The notes under the pieces: model-generated
What the model was told of the DNA's origin: nothing
What the model saw: only the letters and a program-made list of their open reading frames with translations
The model's database searches: none
Source of the DNA: Thermaerobacter marianensis
GTDB lineage: Bacteria > Bacillota > Sulfobacillia > DVGY01
Reading direction: 5' to 3'
Length of the DNA stretch: 64,000 nucleotides
Assembly (NCBI GenBank): GCA_020724425.1
Contig: DYGY01000003.1
Location: 65,233-129,232 of the forward strand
Translations under genes and position numbers: made by a program
In this document: positions 25,193 to 35,135 of the stretch, one piece after another
Position numbering within the stretch: the stretch's first letter is position 1
Layout: each line of letters opens with the position of its first letter

Positions 25193-27520
25193 ATGAAAAA
25201 AGAGAATTCGACAAGTTCAGCTTTACTTAAACACATTCTTCTTCTTGTCTTGTTGATCTCATTTAGCGTTCTTATTCTCGGCGGTTTCTGGGTTTATGAA
25301 AGCGCCGCCCCTGTCCCTGGCCTTATTGTCGATGAAAATGGTAACGAAATCACAAACCATGACAACATCATGGGTGGTCAGGCAGTATATCAAAAATATA
25401 ACCTTATGAACTATGGTTCTGTCCTAGGTCATGGTGCCTATCTAGGTGAAGACTGGACAGCTGATGTCCTCCAATTTACTGTTCGCTACATGCGAGAATA
25501 CTATGCTCAAGAACAATACCGGACATCCTATGAAAACCTCAGCGAGAGTGAACAGGCTGGTATTGCCAATCAAGTAATTAACGAAATTAAGACCAATCGT
25601 TATGATGAGAAAACAGATACCCTAGTTCTAACTGACGGTCAGGTCTATGCCTTAAACGAATTGCGTGAATACTACCGTGTTCGTTTCACTGATGGTGATG
25701 CAGAAAGAGGATTACAGGCTAATCTAATTTCTGATGATCATATGCCAAAGACAGACCGTGCCTGGGTAAACGAAGGTGACCAGTTTAATCAAATTACCGA
25801 TTTCTTCTTCTGGACAGCCTGGCTTTCTGGTACGGAACGTCCTGAACTGGGTCATACCTACACAAATAACTGGCCTTATGACCCTGATGCTGGAAATACT
25901 GTTGGTTGGAGTGCTTTATGGTGGAGTGCATTTAGTGTTGCTTTGTTTGTCTTGATGCTAGGTCTTATCCTCTGGATCTACTTCAAATATCGTTTCTTCA
26001 TGGAAGATGCTTATGAAACCTTCCCGACTTTTGATCTTAACAAGATAGCTGTGACACCTTCTCAGAGAAAGGTAGGGAAGTATTTTGCTGTAGTAACATT
26101 ACTGTTCTTAGCTCAAGGTCTCTTAGGTGGCCTCTTAGCCCACTATTATGTTGCAGGAACAGACTTCTATGGTTTTGATATCAGCTCGCTTCTCCCCTTT
26201 AACGTCGCAAGAGGCTGGCACCTGCAGCTAGCGATCTTCTGGATAGCTACAGCTTGGCTAGCTACAGGAATCTATATTGCACCAAATGTTGGTGGTAGAG
26301 AACCTAAAGGACAAGGCCTACTCGTGGATATCCTGTTCTACGCTCTAGTCGTCCTAGTAGGTGGTAGCTTAATCGGTCAATGGCTTGCTGTTCAGGGATA
26401 CCTTGGCAACAAATGGTGGCTCCTTGGCACTCAAGGCTGGGAATACCTTGAATTAGGTCGTATCTGGCAGATAATCCTTGTAGTTGGATTGTTGATCTGG
26501 CTCTTTATAGTCTATCGTGGCATCAGAGACGGATTAAGGAAAGAGTCAGACAAAGGTGGTCTAGTCCATCTCTTATTCTATAGTGCTATTGCCATCCCAG
26601 CATTCTATGGAGCAGCATTCTTTATGACTCCTGGAACAAACCTAACCTATGCTGACTACTGGCGTTGGTGGGTAATCCACCTCTGGGTAGAAGGTATGTT
26701 TGAAGTCTTTGCTCTAGTAGTTATAGGTTACCTGCTTGTTAGCATGGGACTTGTAACAATGAGATCAACAGTACGAGCAATATACTTCCAGCTAATTATC
26801 CTTTTAGGTAGCGGTGTCTTAGGTACAGGCCACCACTACTACTGGATTGGAGCACCTGAAGCCTGGATCGGAATCGGAGCAGTCTTCTCAGCACTTGAAG
26901 TTATACCATTAACACTATTGATTCTTGAAGCATATGAACAATACAGAATGGTACAACAGGGTGGGCATAACTTCCCATACAAAGCTTCCTTCTGGTTCCT
27001 AATTGCTGTTGGTTTCTGGAACTTCTTTGGAGCAGGTGTACTAGGCTTCCTGATTAACCTGCCTGTTGTAAACTACTTCATGCATGGTTCATACTTAACA
27101 GCAGCACACGCTCATGGAGCTATGGCCGGTGTCTATGGATTCTTTGCTATCGCCCTTCTGCTATACTCCATGCGCAATATAGTTAAGCCCGAGCACTGGA
27201 ATGATAAGCTCCTTAACATCTCCTTCTGGGGCTTAAACATAGGTCTAATGGGTATGATTGTGGTAACACTGTTCCCGGTTGGTGTATTCCAACTAGCCTA
27301 TGCTTTTGAACATGGATACTGGGCTGCCCGTAGTCTTGAATTCTACAGTCAGCCATTAATAAGTACCTTGCTTGGTCTGAGAATCATCCCTGATCTCATC
27401 TTTGGATTGGTAGGTGTGGTGCCACTGGTATACTTCACCATTCGGGCAGCCTTCAATCTAAGAGATGTCACAACAGAAGATATCGTTTCAACCGAAGAAA
27501 AACCAAGCATTCAAGCATAA
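25193..27520 (+). CDS. norB: Quinol-dependent nitric oxide reductase (qNor)
   Basis: GHGAYLG, YTNNWPYD, WHLQLAI, VIHLWVEG.FE, GTGHHYYW, SALEVIP, HAHGA. Confidence 0.96.
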   Translation: MKKENSTSSALLKHILLLVLLISFSVLILGGFWVYESAAPVPGLIVDENGNEITNHDNIMGGQAVYQKYNLMNYGSVLGHGAYLGEDWTADVLQFTVRYMREYYAQEQYRTSYENLSESEQAGIANQVINEIKTNRYDEKTDTLVLTDGQVYALNELREYYRVRFTDGDAERGLQANLISDDHMPKTDRAWVNEGDQFNQITDFFFWTAWLSGTERPELGHTYTNNWPYDPDAGNTVGWSALWWSAFSVALFVLMLGLILWIYFKYRFFMEDAYETFPTFDLNKIAVTPSQRKVGKYFAVVTLLFLAQGLLGGLLAHYYVAGTDFYGFDISSLLPFNVARGWHLQLAIFWIATAWLATGIYIAPNVGGREPKGQGLLVDILFYALVVLVGGSLIGQWLAVQGYLGNKWWLLGTQGWEYLELGRIWQIILVVGLLIWLFIVYRGIRDGLRKESDKGGLVHLLFYSAIAIPAFYGAAFFMTPGTNLTYADYWRWWVIHLWVEGMFEVFALVVIGYLLVSMGLVTMRSTVRAIYFQLIILLGSGVLGTGHHYYWIGAPEAWIGIGAVFSALEVIPLTLLILEAYEQYRMVQQGGHNFPYKASFWFLIAVGFWNFFGAGVLGFLINLPVVNYFMHGSYLTAAHAHGAMAGVYGFFAIALLLYSMRNIVKPEHWNDKLLNISFWGLNIGLMGMIVVTLFPVGVFQLAYAFEHGYWAARSLEFYSQPLISTLLGLRIIPDLIFGLVGVVPLVYFTIRAAFNLRDVTTEDIVSTEEKPSIQA

Positions 27521-27634
27521 ATCAAGCGGCCCTTCATGGGCCGCTCCACATTTCTCCCTCAAACCCTTGACCATTCCAAGCTAACAGTCTATGCTAACTA
27601 TATAATCTTATCCATATCAGGGAGGCCTCAGTCC

Positions 27635-28321
27635 ATGGATTCCCGTAATCATACAAACATCGTAGAGAACATTCCAATATTTACAAGCCTAACACCCGAT
27701 CAACTAGATGATATTAGCAAGAAATTGCTTTTGCGTCGCTACAAAAAGGACATGTTCATCTACCTAGAAGGTGAACCTGCAGAAGCCATATACTTTGTCG
27801 TTGAAGGACTCGTTAAAGTATATAAGACTGTAGCAGATGGTAAAGAGCAAACCATTGATATCATGCGTCCAGGAGATGTTATGGGTGTTGTCAGCTTCTT
27901 TGATAAACAAGGCTACCCTGCTACCACTCAAGCCTTAGAAGAATCACTCTTAGCAGTGCTTCGCTTTGAAGACCTGACCTCTATACTCAACGAGTATCCC
28001 AATGTATCAATACACCTTTTAGAAACCCTTTCAGAAAGACTAAGAAGAGCACAAAACAAGGTGACTCAGATGGCTCTTGACAGTTCACAATGCCGAGTAG
28101 CCAAAACCCTACTAGAACTAAGCAAAAGACATGGAATAAGGACGCCACTGGGCTATCGAATGGATCTCTCAATTACACATCAGGAACTAGCTAACCTTGC
28201 CGGTCTAACTAGAGAGACTGTCAGCAGAGTACTACGTTCCTTTAGAGAAGATGGCCTTATATTAATTGATAAGCGAGGAATAACTATTTTAGCTATAGAG
28301 AGATTTGAAGAGTGCTATTAG
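27635..28321 (+). CDS. Crp/Fnr-family regulator (no Fe-S Cys cluster; DNR/HcpR-like)
   Basis: cNMP-binding-like domain, HTH THQELANLAGLTRETVSR; ATG after GGGAGG. Confidence 0.92.
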   Translation: MDSRNHTNIVENIPIFTSLTPDQLDDISKKLLLRRYKKDMFIYLEGEPAEAIYFVVEGLVKVYKTVADGKEQTIDIMRPGDVMGVVSFFDKQGYPATTQALEESLLAVLRFEDLTSILNEYPNVSIHLLETLSERLRRAQNKVTQMALDSSQCRVAKTLLELSKRHGIRTPLGYRMDLSITHQELANLAGLTRETVSRVLRSFREDGLILIDKRGITILAIERFEECY

Positions 28322-28343
28322 GAAAGGCCGGTACAAAACCGGC

Positions 28344-28784
28344 CTATTCACGCATATCCATTCCCTTTTTGCTAATTGCTTGTAACTGCTCTGAACTAAA
28401 CATTTGCTTAGCCATCGGAAAAAGAATTTGATTCTCCTTCTGTATATGTGCTGAAAGAACCTGATCAATTGAGTGCAAAACATCAAGAACTTCACTCACA
28501 GCCTTACCTTCTGCTAAAGCAGCTGAGACCTCTTTATGATTCTTACGGAGATCCTCATGTTCCTGAATCATAACTTTCACAGGACCACCTTCTCCCATCA
28601 CTTCTATCATGGGAGGAAACAGCGCTTCCTCTTCCTGTCTGAAATGTTCGTCTAGAGCATGACTCAAAAACTTTAAGAAGTCTAGAACCCCATCACGGTT
28701 CCCATTCTTTATGTCTTCGCGTAACTCAGATAACCTCTGTAAAGCATCATCATGATCCTCATAGAATAACTGTAATAGATCCAT
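28344..28784 (-). CDS. Hemerythrin-like HHE domain protein
   Basis: EDH..., HFRQEEEALFP, MIQEH, HIQKENQILFP. Confidence 0.9.
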   Translation of the reverse strand: MDLLQLFYEDHDDALQRLSELREDIKNGNRDGVLDFLKFLSHALDEHFRQEEEALFPPMIEVMGEGGPVKVMIQEHEDLRKNHKEVSAALAEGKAVSEVLDVLHSIDQVLSAHIQKENQILFPMAKQMFSSEQLQAISKKGMDMRE

Positions 28785-28815
28785 CCTCTCACCTACCTAT
28801 AATATTCTAAATCAT

Positions 28816-28858
28816 ATTATATCCACTATATTTAAATTACATGGTGACTATAATCACA
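28816..28858 (-). promoter_or_regulatory. Class II Crp/Fnr-dependent promoter of hemerythrin gene
   Basis: Box TGTGA-N6-TCACC on minus (28843-28858) centred about 41.5 bp upstream of the start implied by TATAAT at 28821-28816. Confidence 0.7.
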
Positions 28859-28916
28859 CAGACAGCCCTTTCCCTCATATGGTATCATGGCAGGTTTTCG
28901 GGGAAGGGGAATAGCA

Positions 28917-29984
28917 ATGCTCTTCATACTTCTAGCTGTAGCACTATTCTTTGCTATGAATATTGGTGCTAGTGGGACAGCTGCATCAATGGGAGCAGCC
29001 TATGGTTCTCAATCTCTTTCTCGACGGATAGCCTTAATTCTAGTAGCCATAGCTGTATTTGCCGGAGCAACATTTGGTGGTTCCGAGGTAGTTAAGACTC
29101 TTAGCAAAGGACTCATTCCGGAAAACTCAGTAACTATTGAAATAGCTTTAATTATGCTTTTAGCTGCCACATCAACCCTCTTTATCGCTAACATCACAGG
29201 TATACCGTTATCAACCAGTGAAGTGACTGTAGGGTCAGTGGTTGGTGTAGGGATAGCACTAAAGTCCCTGCAAACAGGTAAACTATTTCTAATCCTTTCC
29301 ACCTGGATTCTTCTACCGATCACCGCATATCTCATAGCCTATGTCCTTGGCAAAATCGTTGAAAAACCCTTAAACCATCAACTTAAGACAAATGGCACTT
29401 ATCTAAAGCGTGTCCTAACTATCCTAGTAATCCTAGCTAGCACTTACGAAGCTTTTTCAGCAGGAATGAATAATGTGGCTAACGCCGTTAGCCCATTAGT
29501 AGCTGCCAACCTCATAGACACCTCGAGAGCAACCATACTAGGAGGAGCTTTTGTTGCTTTAGGAGCCATTGTTCTTGGAGGAAAAGTTCTTGAAACCAAT
29601 GCCAAGAAAATAACGAATATCTCCCTACCTGGTGGTATCATTGTATCCTTTACCAGTGGCACCCTCGTCCTCATTGCCTCGCTTTACGGTATACCTGTAC
29701 CCTTAACTCAAGCTACCACCTCAGCCATAATGGGTCTTGGCAAAGCCAACAACATAAATAGCAAACCCATAATCCATCGTATTATCTGGATCTGGATTGC
29801 CTCTCCTCTAGTCTCACTCTTCATCGCCTATACTCTCACCGTTCTCTATCTTGATGGCCCCTCCCTACTAGCCATCCTAAGAAGCATTCTTGCCTTTACT
29901 AGTGTCTATGTCTTCCTGCTCTTAACTCCTTCGCTCTTCCTACAACCACAAGAAATTTCTTTCAAACAATCACTTGACAGATAA
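28917..29984 (+). CDS. cysP: PiT-family anion permease, CysP-like sulfate permease
   Basis: FFAMNIGASG.AASMG.AYGS, GIPLSTSEVTVG, AGMNNVANAV, GIPVPLTQ as in B. subtilis CysP. Confidence 0.8.
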   Translation: MLFILLAVALFFAMNIGASGTAASMGAAYGSQSLSRRIALILVAIAVFAGATFGGSEVVKTLSKGLIPENSVTIEIALIMLLAATSTLFIANITGIPLSTSEVTVGSVVGVGIALKSLQTGKLFLILSTWILLPITAYLIAYVLGKIVEKPLNHQLKTNGTYLKRVLTILVILASTYEAFSAGMNNVANAVSPLVAANLIDTSRATILGGAFVALGAIVLGGKVLETNAKKITNISLPGGIIVSFTSGTLVLIASLYGIPVPLTQATTSAIMGLGKANNINSKPIIHRIIWIWIASPLVSLFIAYTLTVLYLDGPSLLAILRSILAFTSVYVFLLLTPSLFLQPQEISFKQSLDR

Positions 29985-30024
29985 ATGCTACCTGCTATAA
30001 TACTAATAAGAACTATTATTATTA
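29974..30024 (+). promoter_or_regulatory. SigA promoter with downstream Fur/PerR-like AT-rich palindrome
   Basis: TTGACA-N16-(TGc)TATAAT followed by TAATAAGAACTATTATTA. Confidence 0.6.
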
Positions 30025-30039
30025 AGGAGTGAGTACTTA

Positions 30040-30561
30040 ATGTGGTTATGCCAAACCTGTAATCATATTCATCTTGGGGAACAAGCACCAGAACGATGCC
30101 CGGTCTGTGGGGTAGACTCAAAACACTTTGATGAAATCAGAGAGGCACAAGATCTTAGTAACAGTCAAACCTTAGAAAATCTTAAGAAGGCCTTTGCTGG
30201 TGAATCACAAGCAAACAGAAGATATCTTGCTTTTGCCACCATTGCTGAAAAAGAAAACCTAACAGATGCAAAAGAGGCTTTCCTCAAGGCAGCTAACGAT
30301 GAAACAGCTCATGCTCATGCTCATCTCGCCTACCTTCTGTTAGGAACAAAAGAAAGCCATAACACCCTAGCTAACCTAGAAACAGCAATAGCCGGAGAAT
30401 CCTACGAGAACGATATCATGTACCCTGAATTTGCAGCTATTGCCGAAAAAGAAGGCTATCCCACCCTAGCAAGATACTTTCGTAGTGTTGCTAGACATGA
30501 GAAAGAACATGCCAAACGCTTCCAAACTATCTTAGATGAACTAAGGAGGAATGACTCGTGA
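30040..30561 (+). CDS. Rubrerythrin with N-terminal rubredoxin-like domain
   Basis: CQTC...CPVC; AFAGESQANRRY, ETAH, GESYE, EKEH. Confidence 0.92.
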   Translation: MWLCQTCNHIHLGEQAPERCPVCGVDSKHFDEIREAQDLSNSQTLENLKKAFAGESQANRRYLAFATIAEKENLTDAKEAFLKAANDETAHAHAHLAYLLLGTKESHNTLANLETAIAGESYENDIMYPEFAAIAEKEGYPTLARYFRSVARHEKEHAKRFQTILDELRRNDS

Positions 30562-30881
30562 CAACCAACATCTTTGAACTAAAAACATTTCTTGAAGGCT
30601 CAGAACCTAACAAACTTAACCACCTTAAAACTGAACAACTAGGAGTTGACACATACTACTTCAAGCCAGGACAGACACTGCCATACCATAGACATGTCGA
30701 TAGTGACCAGGTTTTCTTAATCATACAAGGTGAAGGAGAATTCTCCTTAAAAGAAAACGATTCCGAAGAAACCATCAAAATATGGCCTGGAATGATTATA
30801 TTAGCCCCGGCTAATGTCTGGCATCAGTTAACCAACACCGGTAGGACAGAATTAATAGCAACTCAAGTTACCAAAGTATAG
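30558..30881 (+). CDS. Cupin domain protein
   Basis: PGQ..PYHRH, GEG, PANVWHQLTN; coupled to rubrerythrin. Confidence 0.88.
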   Translation: MTTNIFELKTFLEGSEPNKLNHLKTEQLGVDTYYFKPGQTLPYHRHVDSDQVFLIIQGEGEFSLKENDSEETIKIWPGMIILAPANVWHQLTNTGRTELIATQVTKV

Positions 30882-30942
30882 TCTGGTGGGAGGTAATCCT
30901 CCCGCTATACTATACCCTAAAGATTTAGGGTGTTTTAGGGTA

Positions 30943-31125
30943 TTAGGATTCATCGCTAGTCTTCCACTCAGACAAATTGATAATCTGCTCAAGATCAGAA
31001 TCCAGAGGAGATCCATTAACTGTTATACTAATCCTTGACTTACCTATCGTAATGCATTCCGTTGAAAGCTCACCCTTAATTAAGAGCAATGCAACTAAAA
31101 AATCAACGATTCTTGACTGGTCCAT
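30943..31125 (-). CDS. Small hypothetical protein
   Basis: ATG 31125 preceded by GGGGGA; 60 aa. Confidence 0.5.
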   Translation of the reverse strand: MDQSRIVDFLVALLLIKGELSTECITIGKSRISITVNGSPLDSDLEQIINLSEWKTSDES

Positions 31126-31232
31126 GCTAATCCCCCCACAAATCCTCCATAATTCATAATATTCCTTCATTCCATTCTTTGCCTATACTAATCTAATCAA
31201 TACTTGCATAGTACCTAGGGGAGGGAGGACAT

Positions 31233-32354
31233 GTGTTCAAAAAACTTCTAGCGACCACATTAATCTTTTTTGTGATACTCCTCTTGATTGCCACTGAAGA
31301 GCCACAACCGGTTCAGACAGAGGTTGAACTTGTGCTATCGCCTCAGGAGAAACAAGATATCATAAGAAATAGTCAACCATCCTCACGGGCAACTCTTTTT
31401 GCAGCAGGTGATCTCTTGCTTTCAGAAGAACCAGGATACTGGATTAATCTTTATGGTCCTGCACACCCTTTTGAACCTCTTCAGGGGTATTTTCAAGAAG
31501 CTGATCTACGCTTTGCCAATCTAGAATGCGCTATTTCCAACAAAGGACTCCCTTTAGCTAACAAACCATATACCTTCCGGGCCTCTCAAGATAAAGTCGA
31601 AGCTATCCAATCCTTTGATATTCTTTCTGTAGCCAACAATCATACCCTAGACTTTGGAGAAGAAGCATTCCTAGAAACCCTTACCCTTCTAAAGGATAAC
31701 TCCATAGTTCCTATAGGTGGAGGAGCCAACTTAGAAGAAGCTCTCACTCCTGCAACCTTTACTATAAATGGTCTAACGATTGGTTTTCTTGCCTACACAG
31801 ATGTAAATGGTGTCCCCTTCATCTATCATCAATACTGGCAGGCCTTAGACAACAAACCTGGTACCCTAACACTTAAGGATTTGGATTTGCAGTATATAGA
31901 GAAGATAAAAAAAGAAGTGGATATCCTGGTAGTTTCCTTACACTGGGGTTTAGAATATGCTGAGTATCCAACAAAGAACCAACAGCAACTAGCTCACCAA
32001 CTTATTGACTCTGGGGTAAATCTTATCATTGGCCATCATCCACATATTCCTCAGGGAATCGAGATCTATAACGGGGGAGTTATCGCCTACAGCCTTGGAA
32101 ACTTTCTCTTTGGCACCCATAAGGTTACAGAAACAATTGCCCTGTTGGTTAGCTTTGACCCTTTAGGGGTATACCAGGTTAGAGTTCTCCCTCTAGGAAT
32201 CAAACAAGGGCAAGTCTACCCCCTCCCAGAAACAGAGGGACAGAAACTATTAAGCAAAATCCTCATGCTATCAGAGCCCTTTAATACCAAAGGTATCACA
32301 ATCAAAACTGAAGATTCCATTGAACTTATCTTGAATACTAAACAAACACCTTGA
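31233..32354 (+). CDS. CapA-family metallophosphatase-fold protein
   Basis: AAGDL, NLEC, VANNHTLDFG, SLHWG.EY, GHHPH, YSLGNF. Confidence 0.92.
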   Translation: MFKKLLATTLIFFVILLLIATEEPQPVQTEVELVLSPQEKQDIIRNSQPSSRATLFAAGDLLLSEEPGYWINLYGPAHPFEPLQGYFQEADLRFANLECAISNKGLPLANKPYTFRASQDKVEAIQSFDILSVANNHTLDFGEEAFLETLTLLKDNSIVPIGGGANLEEALTPATFTINGLTIGFLAYTDVNGVPFIYHQYWQALDNKPGTLTLKDLDLQYIEKIKKEVDILVVSLHWGLEYAEYPTKNQQQLAHQLIDSGVNLIIGHHPHIPQGIEIYNGGVIAYSLGNFLFGTHKVTETIALLVSFDPLGVYQVRVLPLGIKQGQVYPLPETEGQKLLSKILMLSEPFNTKGITIKTEDSIELILNTKQTP

Positions 32355-32380
32355 GGCAGACTATGATGGAGGTGATTTAA

Positions 32381-33313
32381 ATGCCACATCGTATAGTCAT
32401 TATTGGTACAGGCCTAGTAGGAACAAGCCTGGCATTCGCTCTAACCATCCAGGGACAAGCATCAGAAATAGTCTTAATAGATAAAGACAAAGATAGAGCC
32501 AAAGGACATGCCATAGACCTAAACCATGGACTTCCCTTCGCTCAACCAATATCAATCCGTGCTGGAGACTATTCAGACTGTGCCCTAGCAGACATCATCG
32601 TTATAGCTGCTGGAGTAAATCAACAACCTGGAGAAACCCGACTATCCCTTTTACAGAGAAACGTGGATGTCTTTCAAGAAATCATCACAAAAACAATGCA
32701 GGAAAACTTTAAGGGCATATTCCTCATAGCCACAAACCCTGTTGACATCCTATCCTATGCCACCTATCGCCTATCAGGATTCCCTGCAACAAGAGTGATT
32801 GGTTCAGGGACAATACTCGATACAGCACGCTTTCGCTATCTCTTAGGCAAGAACTTAGATATTGATCCCCGTAGTATCCATGCAATGATCATTGGTGAAC
32901 ACGGTGATAGTGAGGTCCCTGTATTTAGCACAGCTAATGTCGCTGGTCTACCCATCAAGCAATTTAAAGATTTGCTCTCAGAAGCAACACTTAAAACCAT
33001 AGTTGATGATGTCCGTCTAGCAGCCTATGAAATTATAAAACTTAAAGGAGCCACTCATTTTGCCATAGCGCTTGGTCTTAGCCGAATCATAGAAAGCATA
33101 CTTAAAAATCAAAACTCAGTCCTAACCGTTTCCACCCTGCTTACAGACTATGCAGGCATATCCGATGTCTACCTTGGTATACCAGCTATCGTAAATCGAC
33201 AGGGTGTAGTTAGCATCATCGACCTACCTTTAGATAAAGAAGAGAGACAAGCACTTATCAACTCTGCCAATATACTGAAAGCACAAATTTCCTCCCTACA
33301 CTTAGACAAGTAG
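32381..33313 (+). CDS. ldh: L-lactate dehydrogenase
   Basis: GTGLVG, QQPGETRL, TNPVD, GSGTILDTARFR, GEHGDS. Confidence 0.95.
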   Translation: MPHRIVIIGTGLVGTSLAFALTIQGQASEIVLIDKDKDRAKGHAIDLNHGLPFAQPISIRAGDYSDCALADIIVIAAGVNQQPGETRLSLLQRNVDVFQEIITKTMQENFKGIFLIATNPVDILSYATYRLSGFPATRVIGSGTILDTARFRYLLGKNLDIDPRSIHAMIIGEHGDSEVPVFSTANVAGLPIKQFKDLLSEATLKTIVDDVRLAAYEIIKLKGATHFAIALGLSRIIESILKNQNSVLTVSTLLTDYAGISDVYLGIPAIVNRQGVVSIIDLPLDKEERQALINSANILKAQISSLHLDK

Positions 33314-33359
33314 TGGTATAGTATAGAAGAGAATTTCTATAGCCTTAGGAGGAATACCA

Positions 33360-34121
33360 ATGCAATTCTTGCAACGCATTAAACATAGCATTATCAACTT
33401 TTCCTCATATAATGAGATAATAAACAACTCATGGAAACAATCCTTTAAATACTTCCTGGGATTACTATCCATTCTGTACCTTTTTACCATGACACCCATG
33501 ATAATCGAGTTTATGGGAGATGTAAAAATACTACGTCAGGCCGTAGTACAAATGCCGGAATTCACACTTGAGCAAGGAATATTTAAATCAGAAACAAATG
33601 AACCAACCTTTTATGACTTAGAGAAAGGCATACTAGTAATAGATGAGCAGGAATCAATCAACCGAGAAACACTTATACACTATGAAACATACGTAGTAAT
33701 TACCAAAAACTCCATGTATGTACTTAGCGAAGGCAACGAAAGACTGCTAGAATTCAAGGATTTTGCACATATTTCCCTAACAAAAGAAAGTCTTTCAAAT
33801 TATGCCTTCATGTTGTATCTAATAGGCTTAGGTATACTGCTTTTGGGTCTATTGGTTATCATCTTAGAAAAAATGTTCTTTAGTGTGATTTTAGCCTTAA
33901 TGGGAAGAATGATTAACCGCTTCTTCCGCCAGCAACATTCCTTCTTGCAGCTTTGGAATGTGGCATTCTATGCCTTAACTCTGCCACTAATTATAGATAC
34001 AGCCTATAGATTATGGTTCCCTACCTTCCCCTATTTTCATCTCATCTATTGGGGTACCGCCATATTCTACCTGTACTGGGCATTAGCAGAACTAAAAAAG
34101 AAAACCTCAGTAACTTCGTGA
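33360..34121 (+). CDS. DUF1189-like membrane protein
   Basis: SFKY, MPEFTL..G, W.V.FYALTLP; 4 TM segments. Confidence 0.75.
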   Translation: MQFLQRIKHSIINFSSYNEIINNSWKQSFKYFLGLLSILYLFTMTPMIIEFMGDVKILRQAVVQMPEFTLEQGIFKSETNEPTFYDLEKGILVIDEQESINRETLIHYETYVVITKNSMYVLSEGNERLLEFKDFAHISLTKESLSNYAFMLYLIGLGILLLGLLVIILEKMFFSVILALMGRMINRFFRQQHSFLQLWNVAFYALTLPLIIDTAYRLWFPTFPYFHLIYWGTAIFYLYWALAELKKKTSVTS

Positions 34122-34134
34122 AGAAAGGCCCTGC

Positions 34135-35052
34135 TCAGGGCCTTTCCTTTCTCACTATCTTAATTAGTCTATATACTCCATAAAGAATGCCGCCAATAAT
34201 GGCTAACCATATCAATATCGGTACCAGAGCAAATATTCCTACAAGCATATTAGCAGTTAGACTTAGAAGATAGTTAGTTACCTTAACAAAGGTTGCTATA
34301 CCTCTTTCAATAATGCTACCAAAACCACTACCAGATATGGTCTGTGAAGCCAATTCTGTCTCGATAATACTGATATTAATGGTAGCATAATCAACTCGAT
34401 TAGTTAGATACCGTAATCTACCTTCGATAGAATCTATCTCAGAGCGAACTCTAGTTAGTTCTCTTTCAATCTGCATAATCTCTTCAATAGTATTTGCTTT
34501 ATCAAGGAGTGTTCTTAATCTATCTTCCTGAGCTCTAAGATTTGTAATCCTAGCTGTAAGGTCAATATACTCCTCAGTTACATCACTTTCGCTTTGATAA
34601 GAACTAGTTACAACTCCTAAAGATTTCAACTCGGCCATTACCCCATCAAACGTATCAAAAGGCACCCTGATAGTTAGATATGCAGTCCTCTTTGCTCTGT
34701 CATACTGAGCTATAGATGTACTGAGATTATTTATATATCCATTAGACTGCTTTGTAAGAATTACAATTGAATCTAAGACTCTATCTAGATCAGTCACTTC
34801 TAGATTGACACTGCCTGTATAAATAACCTTCCGATCAATTTCCTGCCAGGAAGCTGATTCTGTAGTGTAACTCATTTCTTTTGATGGCGCATCATATGCT
34901 CGTTCAGGCTCAGAACTAACAAATTTGGCATCACTCATAGTGTATTTACCCGGACTATCCAAGAGTGCCCCCAACACTAAAGCCACCAACAGAACACCAG
35001 CTAATACAAACAACCCTAGCTTCCTTTTAGAAAACCTGTTATGCAAATTCAC
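34135..35052 (-). CDS. DUF4349 domain protein
   Basis: RKVIYTG, LTIRVP, DVTEEYIDL.ARI, IE.EL..VR.EI. Confidence 0.88.
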   Translation of the reverse strand: MNLHNRFSKRKLGLFVLAGVLLVALVLGALLDSPGKYTMSDAKFVSSEPERAYDAPSKEMSYTTESASWQEIDRKVIYTGSVNLEVTDLDRVLDSIVILTKQSNGYINNLSTSIAQYDRAKRTAYLTIRVPFDTFDGVMAELKSLGVVTSSYQSESDVTEEYIDLTARITNLRAQEDRLRTLLDKANTIEEIMQIERELTRVRSEIDSIEGRLRYLTNRVDYATINISIIETELASQTISGSGFGSIIERGIATFVKVTNYLLSLTANMLVGIFALVPILIWLAIIGGILYGVYRLIKIVRKERP

Positions 35053-35078
35053 CTTACCTCCTCCTTCCTTACCTCATT

Positions 35079-35105
35079 AGACGCAAAGGTCCTAAAGAAG
35101 TTCCA
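35079..35105 (-). promoter_or_regulatory. ECF-sigma-type promoter of DUF4349 gene
   Basis: TGGAAC-N16-CGTCT. Confidence 0.55.
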
Positions 35106-35135
35106 AAAAAAATCCCCACCAAAGTGGGGACCCCT

